DNA of 63,720 nt. Origin: Bacteroidales bacterium. Its GTDB lineage: Bacteria; Bacteroidota; Bacteroidia; Bacteroidales; WCHB1-69. The notes under the pieces were generated by a model. The model worked only from the letters and a program-made list of their open reading frames with translations. It was not told where the DNA came from and ran no database searches. A program made the position numbers and the translations under genes. Shown in pieces: positions 59,155 to 63,720 of the stretch. Within the stretch, counting starts at the first letter, position 1, and each line of letters starts with the position of its first letter. The stretch is from assembly GCA_017964755.1 (NCBI GenBank), contig JAGCRI010000130.1:1-63720 (forward strand), in the 5' to 3' direction.

Positions 59155-59249
59155 TCACCAAGTATAAACTTAGCTGACGCATTAAGGTCAGTCGTATATC
59201 TAAGTCTATGGAGGGGTGATTTGCGTCTACCTATTCCGCCACCGCATTA

Positions 59250-59336
59250 TGGTGCTGAATGTGGGACTTGAACCCACACGATATTTCTATCAACGGATTT
59301 TAAGTCCGTTATGTCTGCCTATTCCATCAATTCAGC
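59250..59336 (-). tRNA. trnL: tRNA-Leu (anticodon UAA), type II with a long variable arm and encoded CCA
   Basis: Folded by hand. Acceptor GCUGAAU/AUUCAGC, anticodon stem ACGGA/UCCGU with loop CUUAAAA, variable stem GAUA/UAUC, T arm GUGGG-UUCAAGU-CCCAC, and 3' ACCA. Confidence 0.85.
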
Positions 59337-59396
59337 TTATATATTACCGGAGTTTAACCGCTCCGGCTCGGTTTCAAAATCACAACAAAATAAAAA

Positions 59397-59666
59397 CTAA
59401 AATAATGCCGTCTTTCTCAACTCATCTTCAGAAACTCCATCAACAACAAATACCCAACCATTAAAATTTGAACCAAAGTGTTCAAAACATAAATCAATTC
59501 TAATTACCTGAATTTTTTTCAAATCTAACTTATCTCGAAGTGTTTTTTGATTAAAATAATGACCAACATCCCAGCAAGAATGTTTTGTACGAACGTTTCT
59601 TAAATATACGCCATCGCTTTCCTTATTTATATTACACAAACGCAATGCACAACCTAATGTTATCAT
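59397..59666 (-). CDS. Hypothetical protein
   Basis: 89-aa ORF with RBS GGAAGGTG. Confidence 0.45.
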   Translation of the reverse strand: MITLGCALRLCNINKESDGVYLRNVRTKHSCWDVGHYFNQKTLRDKLDLKKIQVIRIDLCFEHFGSNFNGWVFVVDGVSEDELRKTALF

Positions 59667-59684
59667 TATTTAATAAACACCTTC

Positions 59685-59906
59685 CTAATAGACCTCTTTC
59701 GTGAGCAAATCACATTCCCAAAAATCAGCTCTATAAATTTCTTCATCAAAAGCATATTCAATTATGTACCTAATATCAAAATTATCATCTTTTGTTTTAT
59801 ACACTGATATTCTTTTAATTTCTCCGACAACAATGGCTGGCTTTTTTGTCCGATAACTGACGAATTTTACATGGTCGCCTATATTATAAAGTGTGCTGAT
59901 AATCAT
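59685..59906 (-). CDS. Small beta-rich hypothetical protein
   Basis: ATG 59906 follows AAAGAGGTAATAAGG (MIISTLYNIGDHVKF..). The upstream part of ORF-track entry 59685..59990 runs across the promoter and is rejected. Confidence 0.45.
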   Translation of the reverse strand: MIISTLYNIGDHVKFVSYRTKKPAIVVGEIKRISVYKTKDDNFDIRYIIEYAFDEEIYRADFWECDLLTKEVY

Positions 59907-59939
59907 CCTTATTACCTCTTTCTTTGTTTTGTTGTACTT

Positions 59940-59968
59940 ATTATATACTATCTTTTTCAAAAAGTCAA
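59940..59968 (-). promoter_or_regulatory. Sigma-A-type promoter (family member)
   Basis: The reverse complement reads TTGACT-17 nt-TATAAT. Confidence 0.65.
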
Positions 59969-60033
59969 TAGTTTTTTCAAAGTTTTTCAAAAAATTTCAA
60001 CTAAATTTTGAAACTCCTTTTTGCTCATATCGT

Positions 60034-60897
60034 TTATATCTTTGTAATTTTAATAATTGGAGTTTTATCTCGTGTATATCCACGTTTCACCCATAAAGAC
60101 ATAGCTGATTTTGTAATACCAAAAAACTCAGCGCCTTCATCTAAACCATTAAAAAACTTATCACCGACATAAAACTTTATGCGCCCAGCGTAATTTGGCT
60201 TTCCCAACAAAGCTTCTCGTATTTTCTGTTTTGTTTCCTCGTCACGATGCTTACCTGTCCAGCACCCAATTTGCCCCTTGTGGCTTTCTGATAATTTCTT
60301 TCTTGTTTCCTCTGATGCCTTTCTTCCTAAATTCATTTCACGTAGTTTCTTTCTTGTTTCTTCCGTAATAACTCGATTTTTAGCTGCCTCACTAATTCTT
60401 TTTCTTCCTTCATCCGATAAACCTGGATATGGTTTACCTTTGTTAGCCTTTGAAATTTTTTCCCTGTGCTCTTTAGATAAGGGCTTACCTCGCAGCCCAG
60501 ATATACGTTTTTCGATCGTTTCGGGAGATTGTTTTTTACCAATATGCGCCAACCTATTTTTTTCAATAGCTTCTTGTGAATGATGTTTACCATACATAGG
60601 ATGGTTTTCTCCGAAAAATCTGGTTGTACTTCCTCCGTTAGATATATTATATCCAACACTTCTATCAATAGAATTATAATAAGAAATCCAAAAAATTTCA
60701 CGCCTATCTAAGTCGTCATCATTATCACACCATTCAAGAACCTCACATACAAAATTATCAATACCATATTTAGAAATAGCCTGCTTCAAAACATAACCAC
60801 TTCCGAAATACTTTTTATCAAATTCAGAACACCGGTGCTGACCAATATAAATTTTTCCGTTGATTAAATTTGTTGTTTTATAAATATACCCACACAT
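60034..60897 (-). CDS. GIY-YIG homing endonuclease with NUMOD3-type repeats (second copy)
   Basis: ATG 60897 follows AGGTGG. MCGYIYKTTNLINGKIYIGQH..GYNISNGG, then repeats of the HHSQEAIEKN / ETRKKLRE type. Confidence 0.8.
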   Translation of the reverse strand: MCGYIYKTTNLINGKIYIGQHRCSEFDKKYFGSGYVLKQAISKYGIDNFVCEVLEWCDNDDDLDRREIFWISYYNSIDRSVGYNISNGGSTTRFFGENHPMYGKHHSQEAIEKNRLAHIGKKQSPETIEKRISGLRGKPLSKEHREKISKANKGKPYPGLSDEGRKRISEAAKNRVITEETRKKLREMNLGRKASEETRKKLSESHKGQIGCWTGKHRDEETKQKIREALLGKPNYAGRIKFYVGDKFFNGLDEGAEFFGITKSAMSLWVKRGYTRDKTPIIKITKI

Positions 60898-60933
60898 ATA
60901 AAATACCACCTAATTGATTTATTTACTATGTAT

Positions 60934-60962
60934 ATTATAACCTATATTTATAAAATTGTCAA
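60934..60962 (-). promoter_or_regulatory. Sigma-A-type promoter serving the second GIY-YIG gene
   Basis: The reverse complement reads TTGACA-17 nt-TATAAT. Confidence 0.65.
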
Positions 60963-60966
60963 TACC

Positions 60967-61959
60967 CTAAAACACCTCATAAAGATTTTTTATTTCTTCG
61001 TCGGAACACTCTCCAATGTCTTTTCTTCCAAACGGCAAAATAACTTCTGTTATTATTTTGTAACCTTGTAATTTCTTTCTTAGTTTTACCCTCGCATCTT
61101 GACCAGATTTATCCATATCGGTTGCGAGTATAATCTTCCTACACGGCATATCTATAAGCTGTCTAATCTGTATTTCATTGCCTAAACCATTAAGAGCGCA
61201 AGCGGGCTTTTTATTTTTCCACAAAAGACAGCAGTCAATCATACTCTCACAAACAAACACCTCTGATGGAAACACTGGTAATTGATATAATTGATATATT
61301 CCGTATAATTGTTTTTTAACATCTCTTGGATAATAAAAATTTTTACCATTTATACTTCTTCGAGCCACGAATAAACAATTTCCTTTTTTATCTAAATTGG
61401 GAAATGTAATACAATTTTGCTCAATATCTACGCCAATGTCGAACAGCCCAATAATTTCATCTGTTAGCTTGCGCTGATACATATACGGGTGAATAAACCT
61501 ATATTTATCCAGTTCTTCCTCCGTTACAAATTCAGAATGATGATTATTGTCCAGTCTATGATCTCCTTTATTAGTTTTATCGGAAACATCATAACGCGAA
61601 AAATCAAGTTGAACATCTTTTCTTTCCTCCACTGAAATTGTCATGAAATTCTTTAAGAGCCAGTCCCAACCGAATTTGCCAAGAACATCATCTACATATC
61701 CAAAACAATGCGAAATCACTTCATTTAATTCGTGTACCTCGCCGCAAGCAAAACAGTGAAATTTTCCATCACTTTTCCGAATACCTGCCGACGGTCTGCG
61801 CTCCATACCGTTTGAATGATATGGGCAAGTAACTTGATAATGTGTACTTGTTTCCTTTTGTTTTGCAAGCAGCGGAATATTATTGATGCGGAGTTGAGCA
61901 GTTAATTCCGCTAAAATTTCGCCTAATTCCGCGTTGAATTCAAGCCCGTTAATACGCAT
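60967..61959 (-). CDS. dnaG: DNA primase (CHC2 zinc finger plus TOPRIM)
   Basis: CPYHSNGMERRPSAGI..FHCFACGEVH zinc finger, TOPRIM-like VCESMIDC ... ATDMDKSGQ, and a TAATG overlap with the dnaB stop. Confidence 0.75.
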   Translation of the reverse strand: MRINGLEFNAELGEILAELTAQLRINNIPLLAKQKETSTHYQVTCPYHSNGMERRPSAGIRKSDGKFHCFACGEVHELNEVISHCFGYVDDVLGKFGWDWLLKNFMTISVEERKDVQLDFSRYDVSDKTNKGDHRLDNNHHSEFVTEEELDKYRFIHPYMYQRKLTDEIIGLFDIGVDIEQNCITFPNLDKKGNCLFVARRSINGKNFYYPRDVKKQLYGIYQLYQLPVFPSEVFVCESMIDCCLLWKNKKPACALNGLGNEIQIRQLIDMPCRKIILATDMDKSGQDARVKLRKKLQGYKIITEVILPFGRKDIGECSDEEIKNLYEVF

Positions 61960-63248
61960 TAAAACACATCCTCTTTCTTTTTCTTTTCTTTATGCTCTGT
62001 TGTTCTTTCAACTCTCTGTCGCTGTCCATCTGACGGAATACAAGTGAATTCGCCTGTGTTAATAGACCACGCATAAAGCAATCTGCCACCAACTCGTCCG
62101 AAGCGGTTTTTCTTCACCGCAATTTCAAGGACGTTATCCTGCTTTTGCCGAATTGAAAGAACCTTGCTTGCATTAGCCGCCATACCGTCTGAATCTCTCG
62201 CGCTTTCAAGCTCCGGTGCTCCGCTATCTTCATTCTGAGCAACGCCGCTTCTGTTTGCTTGACCAACAACTACAATCGGAATTGAAAGCTCCAAAGATAA
62301 CTCCATCAAATCTTCGCTAATATTAGTCAATGCCATTGTTAAGTTATCTCCACGCTGTGATCGTTCATCTGTTAGATATTTAACACCATCCACGGCAAGC
62401 AAATCCAGTTTATACTCCTTCACGAAATTCCTCAACTTTGAAACAGTGATTTTTCGCGCAAAATCCGCAGGCGTAGCGACCATAAATTTGTTTTCCCGCT
62501 GCTTCAATTGCTGAACATAATCTTTGTAACTATCGTCTTTAATATCGTCCTTGCCCCACATCAATCCAGCGTTTGAAAAATTCTTGTAAAGCGTGTCAAA
62601 ACGATAGCCAATACTGGTTGCAGACATTTCCGGCGATATATATCCAACATTATATCCAAGCTGCCAAACATGAGTAGCAATCTTTTCAAGAACCCACGAT
62701 TTACCTTGATTGATTCTTGCAAAGATAAAAACAAATTCTTCACCGCGCTGCAACCCGTAAATTTCATCGTCTAACTCTGGAAAACCTGTTGTAAAATACC
62801 ATTCCTTTTCACTTGTTTTTCGCTCAATATATTCATCATACCGCTTTTCTGCTTGTGATACAATATCTGTTGCACCAATCTGATAGCTGACTGGAATTGC
62901 TCTTGCTGCCTGTATCATATATTGAACAGCTTCATTTGCATCTGTTTTAAAAAGCTCCGCTGACTTTTGCAATACCGGAACACCAATGGTGTAGGCATAT
63001 TCTTCACGAATCGTGTCAACTAAATAGCGGTCACTTTCCTGCACTTCCACAGGCTCAAACTCGGGAAACTTTGAAAAGAACGTTGCTTTATCGGGAACAA
63101 TTCCATAATGATCAAAATGCTCGTTAATAAAATCAATTTCTTTTTCGTAACCAACGAAATAATCCTTTGTCAAGCCGTTTTCGGAAAGAATAGAATGATC
63201 TTTTGTTTCAAGCAGTTTTGAAATAATCTGCACACTAACTATTGCCAT
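61959..63248 (-). CDS. dnaB: DnaB-like replicative helicase
   Basis: GFPELDDEIYGLQRGE, Walker A ARINQGKS, and a RecA-like C-terminal domain. ATG 63248 is preferred over the TTG at 63278 used by the ORF track. Confidence 0.75.
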   Translation of the reverse strand: MAIVSVQIISKLLETKDHSILSENGLTKDYFVGYEKEIDFINEHFDHYGIVPDKATFFSKFPEFEPVEVQESDRYLVDTIREEYAYTIGVPVLQKSAELFKTDANEAVQYMIQAARAIPVSYQIGATDIVSQAEKRYDEYIERKTSEKEWYFTTGFPELDDEIYGLQRGEEFVFIFARINQGKSWVLEKIATHVWQLGYNVGYISPEMSATSIGYRFDTLYKNFSNAGLMWGKDDIKDDSYKDYVQQLKQRENKFMVATPADFARKITVSKLRNFVKEYKLDLLAVDGVKYLTDERSQRGDNLTMALTNISEDLMELSLELSIPIVVVGQANRSGVAQNEDSGAPELESARDSDGMAANASKVLSIRQKQDNVLEIAVKKNRFGRVGGRLLYAWSINTGEFTCIPSDGQRQRVERTTEHKEKKKKEDVF

Positions 63249-63720
63249 TTGATCTTCTGTCCTTTCCCTTAAACTCAATTACATCTGACCAATTCCACAG
63301 GCGGCTTGCTATCTTTGCTCCGACTGCTTCTGTCACTTCTGCAAGCGTTGTTGAATTGCTTGTAAATATATTTGCCTTATCATTTAACAGACGATTTTCT
63401 AAGAACATCAGCAAATTCTGATAATCATATTGACTAACATTAGACGATGCTATTTCATCCCACACCACCAAATCAACATTCAAAATCTGTCGCTTATATT
63501 CTTCTGAAAGCGGATTTGAAAAATTCTTTAACTGCAATAATAGTGTCGGGACATGAATAAACAGCCCTCTCACTTGTAAACCATTGCCATCCCATACTTC
63601 CTCAAAGAAGTGCATAAGCAATTTCAGTGCCCAACTTGTCTTTCCATTACCAGTGCTTTTGCTGCAAATGAACAAATTACCGCCAAGCTCGACAAATTCT
63701 TTAATATCCTTCTTAACGCT
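63235..63720 (-). CDS. DnaC/DnaI-like helicase loader, C-terminal segment. The gene continues at 1..387, and 63580-63720 duplicates 1-141
   Basis: Walker A CSKSTGNGKTS and Walker B DLVVWDE, with an AAA+ IstB/DnaC-like layout. Confidence 0.65.
   Translation of the reverse strand, partial: SVKKDIKEFVELGGNLFICSKSTGNGKTSWALKLLMHFFEEVWDGNGLQVRGLFIHVPTLLLQLKNFSNPLSEEYKRQILNVDLVVWDEIASSNVSQYDYQNLLMFLENRLLNDKANIFTSNSTTLAEVTEAVGAKIASRLWNWSDVIEFKGKDRRSNGNS
63580..63720. repeat. Terminal overlap, identical to 1-141
   Basis: Visual base-by-base comparison. Confidence 0.95.

Noticed and set aside
59150-59249. A second tRNA adjacent to tRNA-Leu
   Set aside because: There is no 7-bp acceptor pairing and no GTTC-type T-arm. 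The region folds as one long hairpin instead of a cloverleaf.
59685-59990. The full-length ORF-track entry (101 aa) starting at 59990
   Set aside because: Its first 28 codons run across the promoter 59940..59968 and have no RBS. An internal ATG at 59906 with a good RBS is preferred.
1708-60962. Whether the dispersed ~35-nt conserved element is a CRISPR-like or other repeat array
   Set aside because: Copies are kilobases apart, always intergenic and upstream of an RBS-led ORF. Each reads as -35/-10 hexamers at 16-17-nt spacing, so they are promoters, not an array.

Overview
The window is one complete, circularly closed phage genome. Bases 1-141 are identical to 63580-63720, so the unit length is 63,579 bp. 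Every convincing gene lies on the minus strand. The features point to a siphovirus-like tailed dsDNA phage of a low-GC Gram-positive (Firmicutes/Clostridia-like) host: a 1660-aa tape measure, AGGAGG-type RBSs, and TTGACT-17-TATAAT promoters. In transcription order (descending coordinates, wrapping 1 -> 63579) the genome has four parts. (i) An early/replication region runs from about 6180 down through 1, wraps to 63579, and ends near 38700. It encodes a fractured SNF2 helicase, a replisome organizer, a DnaC-like loader, DnaB, primase, a gp32-like SSB, PolA, two DNA methyltransferases flanking a helicase, a DnaN-like clamp, three clamp-loader subunits, a RecA-like protein, a RecU-like protein, a Cas4-like nuclease, a ThyX-like protein, one tRNA-Leu(UAA), and many small ORFs. 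(ii) TerS is followed by a GC-rich block holding a 1929-aa CotH/LRR fibre-like protein and an M23 endolysin plus holin. (iii) A TerL-portal-head-neck-tail module follows. (iv) A terminal accessory module encodes low-complexity, Cys-rich proteins. The region also contains four homing-endonuclease genes (one Vsr-like, two GIY-YIG, one HNH), about 12 near-identical sigma-A-type promoters, and several intrinsic terminators. The most notable items are a naturally split intein with a free-standing endonuclease inside the SNF2 gene, and a shared C-terminal KK[A/T]SLF clamp-binding-like tail on both methyltransferases. All functional calls come from reading motifs by eye; no database search was possible.
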